Shown here: positions 34,961-44,802 of the stretch, in pieces
Layout of the letters: each line of letters opens with the position of its first letter
Numbering within the stretch: position 1 is the stretch's first letter
Source of the DNA: Arcobacteraceae bacterium
GTDB taxonomy: Bacteria > Campylobacterota > Campylobacteria > Campylobacterales > Arcobacteraceae
Reading direction: 5' to 3'
Length of the DNA: 64,000 bases
NCBI GenBank assembly: GCA_965224485.1
Contig: CBDCZH010000023.1
Coordinates: 85,450-149,449, forward strand
Program-made: the position numbers and the translations under genes
The notes under the pieces: model-generated
Seen by the model: only the letters and a program-made list of their open reading frames with translations
Database searches by the model: none
Told to the model about the DNA's origin: nothing

Positions 34961-35834
34961 AATGAATCCTTTTTTCTAAATATTTAAATTGAATCACTGT
35001 TAAAAGTAATATAAAAATCATTAAAATAACAGATTGTGCCGAAGCACCTCCAATATCTGCGCCTAAAAAACCATCTTGATATATTTTATAAGCTAATGTT
35101 TTTGTCTCTCCCATAGGAGCACCTTTTGTTGTTGTATCAATTAATCCAAAAGTCTCAAAAAATGCATAAATAATATTTGTTATAAGAAGAAAAAATGTAG
35201 TAGGTGCAAGAAGGGGAAATACTATGCTCCAAAATCTTTTATTATCACTTTTACAATCTATTAAGGAAGCTTCAAGTATTGATTTAGGAATACTTTGTAA
35301 ACCAGTTAAGAAAAAAATAAAGTTTACACTAATTTGTTTCCAAGAAGCAATAAATATCAACATTATTTGTGCGGCCAAAGGATCACGTTTAGGTTCAAAG
35401 ATTATTCCTAATTCATTTATAAAATCATATAAAGCTCCATTACTTGCACTAAAAAAGAAAGAAGCAATTAATCCTACAACAGCAGGTGCAATAGCATAAG
35501 GCCACATAAACAATGTTCGATACAAGCCCTTTTTCTTGATTATTCTATCTGTCTTATATGCTAAAAACAGCCCAAGAGATAAGGAAATAAAGGTTATAGA
35601 AAAGGAAAAAATTAATGTAAAAATTACACTTGATAAATATTCTTGATTAAAAATAACATCAACATAATTATCAAACCAAACAAACTTAGAACTTATTCCA
35701 AAAGCATCTTCTATAATAAAAGAATAATATATTGCCGTAACTGAAGGCCATATAAAAAAAATAAGTATAATTGACATTTGAGGAAGGATAAATAAATATG
35801 GAATAAATTTATTATTAAAGGTTACTTTTTTCAT
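34956..35834 (-). CDS. ugpA: Glycerol-3-phosphate ABC permease
   Basis: WKQISVNFIFF and PLLAPTTFFL motifs. Confidence 0.85.
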   Translation of the reverse strand: MKKVTFNNKFIPYLFILPQMSIILIFFIWPSVTAIYYSFIIEDAFGISSKFVWFDNYVDVIFNQEYLSSVIFTLIFSFSITFISLSLGLFLAYKTDRIIKKKGLYRTLFMWPYAIAPAVVGLIASFFFSASNGALYDFINELGIIFEPKRDPLAAQIMLIFIASWKQISVNFIFFLTGLQSIPKSILEASLIDCKSDNKRFWSIVFPLLAPTTFFLLITNIIYAFFETFGLIDTTTKGAPMGETKTLAYKIYQDGFLGADIGGASAQSVILMIFILLLTVIQFKYLEKRIHY

Positions 35835-35841
35835 ATATCTT

Positions 35842-35863
35842 GTGTACCTAAAATTAGGTACAC
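35842..35863. terminator. Intergenic hairpin between ugpB and ugpA
   Basis: GTGTACCTAA-AA-TTAGGTACAC. Confidence 0.55.
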
Positions 35864-35871
35864 TCTTCTCC

Positions 35872-37161
35872 TTACTTATATGTTCTAGAAAATTTATTTA
35901 ACAACTTGTTACCTTTTTTATCTATATTAGATAAGGCTTCTTTAGCTTCTATTTTACCATTTAGAATCTTTTCAAATTCAACATGCATTATTTCTCTTAT
36001 TTGAACATAGTTCCCTAGTCTATATCCTTTAGTCCATTCTTTTGTAGGAAGACTTAACTGTTTAATACCAATTTCAGCATCTGGAATTCTTTTATAATAA
36101 CCATCATCCCTAGCCATTTTATAAGCAGCTTTAGTTATAGGTACATATCCAGTTTCTTTATGCCAAAAATACTGATTTTTTGCATTTGAAAGATATTGTA
36201 AAAAACTTGCAATACCTTTGTATTTATCATCATTCTTTCCACTAAATACAAAAAGTGCAGCTCCTCCAATAAATGTTTGAGCCCCCTCATCTATATAACG
36301 TTTCCAATAAGGAAGATAAGATGTACCAAATTTAAATTTTGCACCTTTTTTTAAACCACCAAATGAACCACTTGATCCCAACCACATAGCAACTTTCTGA
36401 TCATAGAAAGCCTGTTGATTATCACCCCATCCTTTTCCATAATACTTATAATATCCTAGCTTACTCCATTGATAAATCTTATTCCAGTGATATTGCATAG
36501 CAGTGTTATTATAATTTAGTTTACTTGCTAAGCCATCAAAACCATTATTTTTATCTGCTAATTTAATATTATGTCTTGATTGAAAATTTTCTGCAAATAT
36601 CCAAGGGCTATGACTTTGAGAAAGTCCAATATAACCATTAGCTTTTAGTTTTTTTGAAATTAATTCAAATTCCTCCCATGTTTTTGGAGGATTTTTAATA
36701 CCTACTTTTTTGAAAATATCTTTATTATAATACATTACAGGAGTAGAACTATTAAAAGGAGAACCAATCATTCGACCGCTAGAATCAGCATAAAAGTTTC
36801 TAACTCCACTTATATAGTCATTTGCATTAAATTTTACTCCATATTTGTCAAATAAATCAGCCACAGGATAAACAACACTTTTAGCATTGATTATAGTTGC
36901 AGCACCTGCATCAAATATTTGAATGATATCAGGTGATTTATGCGCTCTAAAAGCAGCAATCCCTGCAATCATCGTGTCCTCATAACCACCTTTATATATT
37001 GGTGTTATTTTAAATTGATTTTGCGATTTGTTAAAGTTATCAGATAGTTCATTAACAACCTCTCCTAATCTTCCTCCCATTGCATGCCAAAAAGAAATAT
37101 TAGTAGTGGCATTAAGTGTTATTGTAAAAAGTGCAATAAATAAAAGTGCTTTTAATCTCAT
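35872..37161 (-). CDS. ugpB: Glycerol-3-phosphate-binding protein
   Basis: Signal peptide; WHAMGG, PFNSSTP and WHKETGYVP motifs. Confidence 0.85.
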   Translation of the reverse strand: MRLKALLFIALFTITLNATTNISFWHAMGGRLGEVVNELSDNFNKSQNQFKITPIYKGGYEDTMIAGIAAFRAHKSPDIIQIFDAGAATIINAKSVVYPVADLFDKYGVKFNANDYISGVRNFYADSSGRMIGSPFNSSTPVMYYNKDIFKKVGIKNPPKTWEEFELISKKLKANGYIGLSQSHSPWIFAENFQSRHNIKLADKNNGFDGLASKLNYNNTAMQYHWNKIYQWSKLGYYKYYGKGWGDNQQAFYDQKVAMWLGSSGSFGGLKKGAKFKFGTSYLPYWKRYIDEGAQTFIGGAALFVFSGKNDDKYKGIASFLQYLSNAKNQYFWHKETGYVPITKAAYKMARDDGYYKRIPDAEIGIKQLSLPTKEWTKGYRLGNYVQIREIMHVEFEKILNGKIEAKEALSNIDKKGNKLLNKFSRTYK

Positions 37162-37479
37162 GTTATCTCCTTAAATTTTAGTGATTATGTCATTAAATTA
37201 TTACAAGTTAGTTACATTACAGTTATAAAAGAGGAAGTTTCATATAAAATTTATTTTAAATTATTTCAATATAAAAAAACTTTAACACATTGTTTAATTA
37301 TTCAAAATAAATCTATTATATTTTAAAGGTATTCTTATTTTAAGGGCAGTAGTATCAGTCTTTTGACATCAAGTATTTAGTTATTATTATTTGTATTTAG
37401 TCATAGACAGTTAATACAAATCCCTTATTTAAGGGATTCATATCGTTATTTGTAGTTAAAAGAAGGTGTTTATATTTAA

Positions 37480-38499
37480 TTATCCCATTGGATACATAAT
37501 ATCTTTTTGTATTTCTTTAATCTTTCCTAAAACATCAGAACTCAAATCTAAGTTTAGTGCAGCTAAACTATCTTCTAAATGCTCAATCTTTCTAGCTCCT
37601 ATAATAGTTGAAGCTACAAAATTAAACTGTTTTGTCCATGCTACGGCTAAAGTAACAGGTGAGATATTTATCTCTTTTGCAAGTTTTACGTACTGTGTAC
37701 AAGCTTTTATTGTTTTTTCATTTACAAACTTTGTTGCCATTGCTTGAACTCTTGGATTTTTATTACTCATATATACACCAAATCTTGAATCTTTTGGGAA
37801 TAAACCTGAATTATATTTTCCACTTAACATCCCTGCTCCTATTGGAGAGTATGGTAATAATGAAATCTTTTCTTTTTGACAAAGTATTGAGATTTCATCT
37901 AAAGCTCTTGGATTAATTAGTGAAAAATTATTTTGTATTGATTCAAATCTTGCTAAATTATTATATTTTGAAATCTCATTGGCTTTACTTAATCCATAAG
38001 CTGTATCATTTGAACTACCAATATATCTTACTTTACCTTCTTTAACTAAGTCATCAAAGGCTTTAAGTGATTCTTCAATAGGCACAACTTCATCAGGCCA
38101 GTGCATTTGATATAAATCTACATAATCAGTCCCAAGCCTTTTTAGTGAGCCTTCAATTGCTTTTTTAATATGAAAAGAGTCAAGGGAAGTTAAACCATGA
38201 CGAGTAGGAGGAACAAACCAACCTGAAGCAGCTCCTGAAACTTTTGAGGCTAAAATAATAGAGTCTCTTTGTTTAGTTTTAAGCCACTTCCCTACTATTA
38301 TTTCTGTATCTCCACCAGTTTCAACTTTTGGAGGTACTGGATATAATTCAGCTGTATCAAAAAAGTTTATACCTTTGTCATAAGCTTCATCTAAAATTCT
38401 AAAAGCTTCTTTTTGTGTAGTACTGCTTCCAAAAGTCATAGTTCCTAAACAAATAGGACTAACTCTTAAGCCTGTTCTTCCTATATATCTATGTTTCAT
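37480..38499 (-). CDS. Aldo/keto reductase (Tas-like)
   Basis: LGTMTFG, FDTAELYP and DLYQMHWP motifs; likely start MKHRYIG at 38499. Confidence 0.9.
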   Translation of the reverse strand: MKHRYIGRTGLRVSPICLGTMTFGSSTTQKEAFRILDEAYDKGINFFDTAELYPVPPKVETGGDTEIIVGKWLKTKQRDSIILASKVSGAASGWFVPPTRHGLTSLDSFHIKKAIEGSLKRLGTDYVDLYQMHWPDEVVPIEESLKAFDDLVKEGKVRYIGSSNDTAYGLSKANEISKYNNLARFESIQNNFSLINPRALDEISILCQKEKISLLPYSPIGAGMLSGKYNSGLFPKDSRFGVYMSNKNPRVQAMATKFVNEKTIKACTQYVKLAKEINISPVTLAVAWTKQFNFVASTIIGARKIEHLEDSLAALNLDLSSDVLGKIKEIQKDIMYPMG

Positions 38500-38551
38500 A
38501 TTTATCCTTATTATTAAAGATAAATTATACCCTTTTTCTTTGAAAGAAAAT

Positions 38552-39523
38552 TTATTCCATAATACAAATTTCTTTTTTAAACATATGTAAAATAGTATTA
38601 TATAAAACAATACTAACAACCACAGATAAGATAAATATAAAAATATATGCTAAATATATATAAAAACTCTCTTTTGTTTGTTCTAAAATTAAAAGTGTAG
38701 CTAAAGTAATAGTAGCAAGAGGAAAAGTAAAAGCCCACCAAGATATAAAAAACTTAATGTTTAAAAAGTTTTTATACATAAAGAATAATAAAAAAGTAAA
38801 AAACAGTGCAATATTAAATAAAACTAAGGCAAAAAAATCTATATCGTTCGTTAGTTTAAAGTATGCTAAAAACCCTACTGATGGAGGAGCTATAAAGATA
38901 AAAAGTGTTGGTATAAACTTAGCAGCAAATGCTTTATGAAAAATGATTCTATTTAATATGATAGATAACATAATTATCCAAAAAAAGATTCCAATTGAAA
39001 AATAAAACATTAAAATAGAACTAGGAAAATATGAAACTCCCCCTACTGGAACAATTAAATTTCCAACTATTGGTATAAACCAAGCAGGATTTGAGTGTTG
39101 CATTTCCAAAGATTTACTAATCCAAAAACTTAAAGTATAAAAAGTTAGAAAAAGATGTAATATGGCACCTATTAAAAATAAGATATAGGAGATGTCAGTA
39201 TTTATTGATTTAAACAAAATTGAAATTAAAACAAAAGAGATAGAAATTGAAGCAAAAAAGTTTATTCTTATTGGATGGGCGAACTCAGCTCTAACTTCTT
39301 CTTTATATTTGAAAAATTTTATAATATATGTAAAAAGAATTATAAAAAATAAACCAATTGTAAAATAAGAAAAAGCAGAAGCTAAAAAAGAGGGAAAACC
39401 CAATAATTCATGTGCTCTTTGATAAACAATACTTAAACCAGCTAATCCCATAATAACTGCAAACATCATTACAGGGAAAAATTGTAACCTTGTTGGTATC
39501 TTTTTTATACTCTCTTCATTCAT
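38552..39523 (-). CDS. SLAC1/TehA (TDT-family) transporter
   Basis: VMGLAGL, NPAWFIPIVG and SWWAFTFP motifs. Confidence 0.9.
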   Translation of the reverse strand: MNEESIKKIPTRLQFFPVMMFAVIMGLAGLSIVYQRAHELLGFPSFLASAFSYFTIGLFFIILFTYIIKFFKYKEEVRAEFAHPIRINFFASISISFVLISILFKSINTDISYILFLIGAILHLFLTFYTLSFWISKSLEMQHSNPAWFIPIVGNLIVPVGGVSYFPSSILMFYFSIGIFFWIIMLSIILNRIIFHKAFAAKFIPTLFIFIAPPSVGFLAYFKLTNDIDFFALVLFNIALFFTFLLFFMYKNFLNIKFFISWWAFTFPLATITLATLLILEQTKESFYIYLAYIFIFILSVVVSIVLYNTILHMFKKEICIME

Positions 39524-39565
39524 TTTAATATTCCTTTGTTATACTTTCATATATAAAGGTTTAAA

Positions 39566-39772
39566 ATGGCAAAAAAACAAGAACTAATCAACTTTAAAAA
39601 TAAAAATATTACTTTTGAAGAAAACTCTATTACTTATCAAGTCTTAAATTTAAGAAAACCAAAAATGATAGTTGAACTTGCCAGTTTTTCAAAAAATAGT
39701 TTTATTAAGAATAAAATAATTCCTTTTGCACATTTACCTAAAAACATAAAAATACTTGTAAAACCAAACTAG
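39566..39772 (+). CDS. Small hypothetical protein
   Basis: 68-aa ORF with an AAGG RBS. Confidence 0.6.
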   Translation: MAKKQELINFKNKNITFEENSITYQVLNLRKPKMIVELASFSKNSFIKNKIIPFAHLPKNIKILVKPN

Positions 39773-39831
39773 GTCTTAAAAGCGTAATATACCCTTTCAA
39801 ATGTTAAAATTACCTAAGAAGAATTATAAGA

Positions 39832-40359
39832 TTAACTTATATTTATTACTTCCGTATCTAAATACTCAAAGTTTATATTCTTTATAAAACACTCTTCTTT
39901 TTTTAAATATTGGCTAAGAATTTTTAAAGCTCCCCCATGAGAACAAATAAGTATATTTTTATTTAAATCAAGAGAGTTTATAAACGCTACTATTCTTTTT
40001 GTAAAATCAAGAAAAGACTCTTCACATATATATTCATGCCAAGATTCTTGTGACTTTAAGTATTTTTGTTTAAAACAAGGAAGTTTTGAGACTTCATCAA
40101 AATTTTTCAATTCAAACTTATCTTTAAATTTCACTTCTCGTAAACGAATATCCTTTTTATAAGTAAACCCCATTTTATCTAGTGTTTGAGTACAACGTAA
40201 AAGATCTGAGCTATAAATTTCATCAAAACTTTGTTTTTTTAAGAACTCTATTTTTTCTTCTTCAAATAAATTTTCATCTAAAATAATATCACTATGTCCT
40301 ATATATCTTTTTTGCAGCTTTTTTTCTAAAGCCCCATGTCTTAAAAGAGTTACAGCCAT
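39832..40359 (-). CDS. cobC: Histidine phosphatase, alpha-ribazole-phosphate phosphatase-like
   Basis: RHG, SSDLLRC and SHGG motifs; located in the cob operon. Confidence 0.75.
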   Translation of the reverse strand: MAVTLLRHGALEKKLQKRYIGHSDIILDENLFEEEKIEFLKKQSFDEIYSSDLLRCTQTLDKMGFTYKKDIRLREVKFKDKFELKNFDEVSKLPCFKQKYLKSQESWHEYICEESFLDFTKRIVAFINSLDLNKNILICSHGGALKILSQYLKKEECFIKNINFEYLDTEVINIS

Positions 40360-41120
40360 AAAAGTACAAGTAAAAATAAAAACAACTCACAGCACTCTAG
40401 TGTACAACCTAAAACATCTCCATTTATAAAACCTAAGCTATTTTTTACGAAGTTTATAAATAAAAATCCAAAAACTAAAGAAGATAAAAAGAGATAAATA
40501 AAATCAAATCCTATAAGAAAACTTCCAAAAACCATACAAAACAAAGAAGAAATAAGTAAAATTTTTAAACTCAAACCTTCTTTTAATAAATTCACGAAAG
40601 ATGATTTGAAATCTTTAAAATATACTAAGAAAACAAGCAATAATCTACTTATTATTAAAACAGCTAAAAAATATAAGATAAAATCATTTATAAACATATA
40701 TACTATTGTTGAAATTTTACAAATAGTAAAAACACAAGAGTACAATAAGCCCATAGCCCCAATTGTAGGCTCTTTTATAACTGCATAAGCATCTTTATCT
40801 CCATGTTTGGCATAAGAAGCATCAACTACATCAATTATAGCCTCGGTATGAATAAAACCATACAAAAGCATATAAAAACAAGCACTTAATATTGCTGCTA
40901 AATAAGAAAGATTTTCTAAAAGAGTAAAAAGACTTATACTTAAAACTCCAAGAACAAGCCCAACTAAAGGTAAAAAAGAAAGCATATAGGCTAAAACTTT
41001 TTTATTTGATAAATCATCTTCATCTTTAAAAGACATAGGCAAAATTGAAAAATATGAAAACGAAAATTTAAAAGCTAAATAGATTTTGTACATGGTACTT
41101 TTTTCATAATTTTTTTCCAA
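40350..41120 (-). CDS. cobS: Adenosylcobinamide-GDP ribazoletransferase
   Basis: GFIHTEA..D..D, IGAMG and GFINGDVLG motifs. Confidence 0.9.
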   Translation of the reverse strand: MEKNYEKSTMYKIYLAFKFSFSYFSILPMSFKDEDDLSNKKVLAYMLSFLPLVGLVLGVLSISLFTLLENLSYLAAILSACFYMLLYGFIHTEAIIDVVDASYAKHGDKDAYAVIKEPTIGAMGLLYSCVFTICKISTIVYMFINDFILYFLAVLIISRLLLVFLVYFKDFKSSFVNLLKEGLSLKILLISSLFCMVFGSFLIGFDFIYLFLSSLVFGFLFINFVKNSLGFINGDVLGCTLECCELFLFLLVLLWL

Positions 41121-41506
41121 TCTCTGTTGAATTTTTTCTTTATAAAGGGTACTAAATGTGGTACTTGACAGCCTGCACAGTTTTGATGAATATAGGTATC
41201 ACCTTCAAATTGGGCCCCATCTATTGAATCAATACTACAATATGAAAAAAGTTTCTTTTTTCTAACTTCTTTAAAACCCTCATCATTAAATCTAAAATTA
41301 GAACAGGCACATAAATAACAGTTTAAGTTTTCCATTTCATGACATTTTTTATTTTTTTCATATAAAGGACAGAAATCTTTTTCTTTTTTTACCATATTGT
41401 CATATTCAAAATATTTTATAACTTCATCATCACTAAGATGAGTTAGTTTCTTCATAATTATTTCATGTTTTATTGCATGTTTATCAAACCAGTCTAAATA
41501 TGCCAC
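41075..41506 (-). CDS. Cysteine-rich protein in the cob operon
   Basis: FCPLY, KCH, NCYLCAC and NCAGCQVPH motifs. Confidence 0.7.
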   Translation of the reverse strand: MAYLDWFDKHAIKHEIIMKKLTHLSDDEVIKYFEYDNMVKKEKDFCPLYEKNKKCHEMENLNCYLCACSNFRFNDEGFKEVRKKKLFSYCSIDSIDGAQFEGDTYIHQNCAGCQVPHLVPFIKKKFNRDWKKIMKKVPCTKSI

Positions 41507-41507
41507 T

Positions 41508-42902
41508 TTATTCCTTTATTGCTTTTATTATCTTTTTTATATCTAATTTAGCTTTAAAGTTTTGTATAAAAGAATTTATAGTTTTTTCTTTAAACTTAGA
41601 AAAATTAAAACTCTTGTAGTTTTCATTGATTTCTGTAAAAATTTTGTCTCTTAAGTTATCATTATCAAAAATTGCATGTAAAAAAGTGCCTTTGATTCTT
41701 TTACTTTCATAAGATATTGGATATTTTGAACTACTTCCATGATGAATTTCAAAACCTTCTATTTTGCAAGAGAAAATTTCATATGTATCTTTTTTTAGTA
41801 TTTTTTCTTTTTCAAAAATAATAACATCATTTATATAATCAAAACCAAGCTCTTTTAGGGCTTTTTCATTCTCTAAGCAGTATTTATCTTCTAAAGAAGA
41901 AAATAACATCTCATAACCGCCACAAATACCTAAAATAGTTTTTTCATAGTTTTTTATATTTTCAAATAAAGATATTTGTTTTAACCATAACAAATCTTTA
42001 ATCACTAACTTCGAGCCAGGAAGAATAAGTAAATCATACTTATCTAAAGATACATTAGTTTGTATAAAGTGTACATTTATTTGACTATCACAAATTAAAG
42101 GCTCAAAATCATTATAATTACTCATAGTAGGATAAGCAATAACTCCTACATTTATAATAGAGTTTTTAGTATCTTGCGAATAATTCATCAAAGAAGCTGA
42201 GTCTTCAAAACCTAAGTTAAAAGGAGTATAAGGTAATACTCCTAAAACTGGTATTTTAAAATCTTCTTCTATTATTCTAACACCCTCTTCAAATAAAGAA
42301 ATATCTCCACAAAATTTATTTATTATTACACCTACAATATTATTTCTAATTTTAGAAGGAAGTAGATTATAAACTCCATAAATTGAAGCAAATACACCTC
42401 CTCTTTGTATATCAGCAACTAAAATAATCTTAGTATTATACGTATCTGCTATATAAATATTTGATAAATCTTTATCCATTAAATTAAGCTCAACAGGACT
42501 TCCTGCACCCTCACATATCAAACAGTCATATTTTGAGTTTAAATACTCATAAGCTTTATTAACTGAGGGTTTTAAGTTATCTAAGTTTTTATAATAAGAC
42601 CTAACTTCAATGTTTTTTACAACTTTTCCATCAACTATTAAAGAAGCCATAGAGTTTTTACCAGATTTTAAAAGAACAGGATTTAAATGATAAGAAGTAG
42701 GAACACCTAATACTTGTGCTTGAAAATACTGAGCAACTCCTATTTCACTTCCATCATCACAAACATAAGCATTATTTGAGACATTTTGTGCTTTAAAAGG
42801 AGCAACACTTATGCCTTCTTCTTGTAAGAGTTTTCCTATAACAAAAGTAAGAGTAGATTTTCCAGCATCACTGCTTGTTCCAAAAATTGATATATTTTTC
42901 AT
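41508..42902 (-). CDS. cbiP: Cobyric acid synthase
   Basis: GTSSDAGKS, PFKAQN, EGAGSPVE and GICGG motifs. Confidence 0.95.
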   Translation of the reverse strand: MKNISIFGTSSDAGKSTLTFVIGKLLQEEGISVAPFKAQNVSNNAYVCDDGSEIGVAQYFQAQVLGVPTSYHLNPVLLKSGKNSMASLIVDGKVVKNIEVRSYYKNLDNLKPSVNKAYEYLNSKYDCLICEGAGSPVELNLMDKDLSNIYIADTYNTKIILVADIQRGGVFASIYGVYNLLPSKIRNNIVGVIINKFCGDISLFEEGVRIIEEDFKIPVLGVLPYTPFNLGFEDSASLMNYSQDTKNSIINVGVIAYPTMSNYNDFEPLICDSQINVHFIQTNVSLDKYDLLILPGSKLVIKDLLWLKQISLFENIKNYEKTILGICGGYEMLFSSLEDKYCLENEKALKELGFDYINDVIIFEKEKILKKDTYEIFSCKIEGFEIHHGSSSKYPISYESKRIKGTFLHAIFDNDNLRDKIFTEINENYKSFNFSKFKEKTINSFIQNFKAKLDIKKIIKAIKE

Positions 42903-43396
42903 TATTTTAGTTTAATTCCCAAGCCTAATTTTACTTCATATACTTCAGATGCTAAACTTGCTACTTTTTGTCCAACTATTCCACTTAAATCAACAAATTT
43001 TCTTGATTCTTTATCATTTGGAATTACCCCATGGTTTACATCATTTAAAACAAAAACTATATTTGTTTTTATTTTGCAAAGTAAATCTATTTGTTTTAAA
43101 AAATACTCTTCTTGCTTTTCTAAGTTATTTAATATCCACATAGAAAGACAGTCAACTAAATAAGTCTCATTTTCTTTTATAACTTGTTTTAAATCAAAAC
43201 TCTCTTCTATGCTTATGAATTTATCTTTTCTTTGCTTTTGATGTTTTAAAAGCTTCTTTGCCATCTCTTTGTCATTATATGAATTATCATAGGTTGCTAG
43301 ATAAAATGGTTTTTTATTTTTTGATAATTCTAGGGTTTTTTCTTCAGCTAATTTTGACTTACCTGATTTTTGACCTCCATAAAAAAGTATTATCAC
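42902..43396 (-). CDS. cobU: Adenosylcobinamide kinase/guanylyltransferase
   Basis: GGQKSGKS, VDCLSMW and RKFVDLSG motifs. Confidence 0.9.
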   Translation of the reverse strand: MIILFYGGQKSGKSKLAEEKTLELSKNKKPFYLATYDNSYNDKEMAKKLLKHQKQRKDKFISIEESFDLKQVIKENETYLVDCLSMWILNNLEKQEEYFLKQIDLLCKIKTNIVFVLNDVNHGVIPNDKESRKFVDLSGIVGQKVASLASEVYEVKLGLGIKLK

Positions 43397-44457
43397 AGTA
43401 AAAACTCTTCAACTTTTTTAGTTATTTGTTCTTTATTAATACCATTTAAATAAGCATATACTAAAGCTGCCCCTGCCCCAACTCCTTCTTTTGCCTCACC
43501 CTTATCATAAAGTTTAAGTGCTGCATGTGAAGATAAAGAAAAATCAAAATCAGCATAATAAGCATTGATTTTGAAATCAAGCATTTCTAAAAGCTCTTTA
43601 ATACTAGAGTTTTTATCATCATTTACCCATTTTGTTGTACATAATGCTAAGTTTGAAGTAGAAAAAGAAGATAAAGCATTCATTGATTTTAAAAATGAAT
43701 TTATTATTAATAAAACAGCTACCATTTGTGTACCACCAGCTAATATAATTTTCTTTTTATTATTAAGTCCTAAAACAAAACCAGCAGTAAAAATAAGCAT
43801 ATTATCTGATACTTTTCCTAAAATTGCGAAAATATCATCACCTGCTTTGATATTTTTCAATGCTTGATTAATAGTTTGATCTCTTATAGAAGAAGGAACA
43901 TCTTTAAAAGAAGAAGAAAATAAATCAACGCATTCATAGCCTAAAGCCATAGCACTAGCTGCTGCTGTTGTTGTACCACTTGGAACTGATTCACCTAAAA
44001 TTATATAATCATTTTCATCTGTATAGTTTTGACCAAAACTAAGTGCTTTTTGAAAAACTTCTTGGGCATTTATGTTAGCACCACTTGAAATTTTATCACT
44101 AGCTTTTATATCAAAATCATGTATTTTAAAATAATCAATTTTTGGTTTATGTAAAAGACCTAGGTCTAATAATTCAAGAGAAGAATAAGGTTTTAATAAA
44201 TGAACAGCTCTAGTTATAAGAGCAGGAGTAGGAACACCTTTAGAAGTACTAGCAACTTCACCTAAACTTCTAACTTCTCCTGTACATAAAAACTCAGCAT
44301 CCAAACTTGGTGTTAAATACATTTTTCCAGGGATTCCAGCTTGTGTAATACCTTTGATTGAAGAAGTATCACTATTACTTAAACTCAATAAAAATGTAGC
44401 TTTTTTACCACGTAAACTCTCAATAAAATCAGACTTGCCCATAATATTTTTAATCAC
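43393..44457 (-). CDS. cobT: Nicotinate-nucleotide:lower-base phosphoribosyltransferase (archaeal/cyanobacterial-like CobT)
   Basis: GESVPSGTTTA, LAGGTQM and KEGVGAG motifs. Confidence 0.85.
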   Translation of the reverse strand: MIKNIMGKSDFIESLRGKKATFLLSLSNSDTSSIKGITQAGIPGKMYLTPSLDAEFLCTGEVRSLGEVASTSKGVPTPALITRAVHLLKPYSSLELLDLGLLHKPKIDYFKIHDFDIKASDKISSGANINAQEVFQKALSFGQNYTDENDYIILGESVPSGTTTAAASAMALGYECVDLFSSSFKDVPSSIRDQTINQALKNIKAGDDIFAILGKVSDNMLIFTAGFVLGLNNKKKIILAGGTQMVAVLLIINSFLKSMNALSSFSTSNLALCTTKWVNDDKNSSIKELLEMLDFKINAYYADFDFSLSSHAALKLYDKGEAKEGVGAGAALVYAYLNGINKEQITKKVEEFLL

Positions 44458-44802
44458 TTTAAAACCTTATATTTCTCATATTTAAAAGTATTATATAACA
44501 ATATTTTGTAATATCTTTTGAATGATTTTAAGAATGTTATAATTTAGAAATATAATACTTATATTTAAATAGTTCGATGAGAAGAAGAAGATAAGTTCTT
44601 TTTTACTAAATTAATTAGGCTAAATGATTTACTTACTTTATAAGTGTAAAACACAATTTAATTATAAAATTTACTTATGTCAAAAATAAATAATTTATTA
44701 ATATCTTACTTAAAGTATGTTAATTAGCCACTTTTTTCATTTAAGTTTAAGAAAATAACGATACTATACTCATAATGATAACTACTATTATAAAGGAAAA
44801 GT

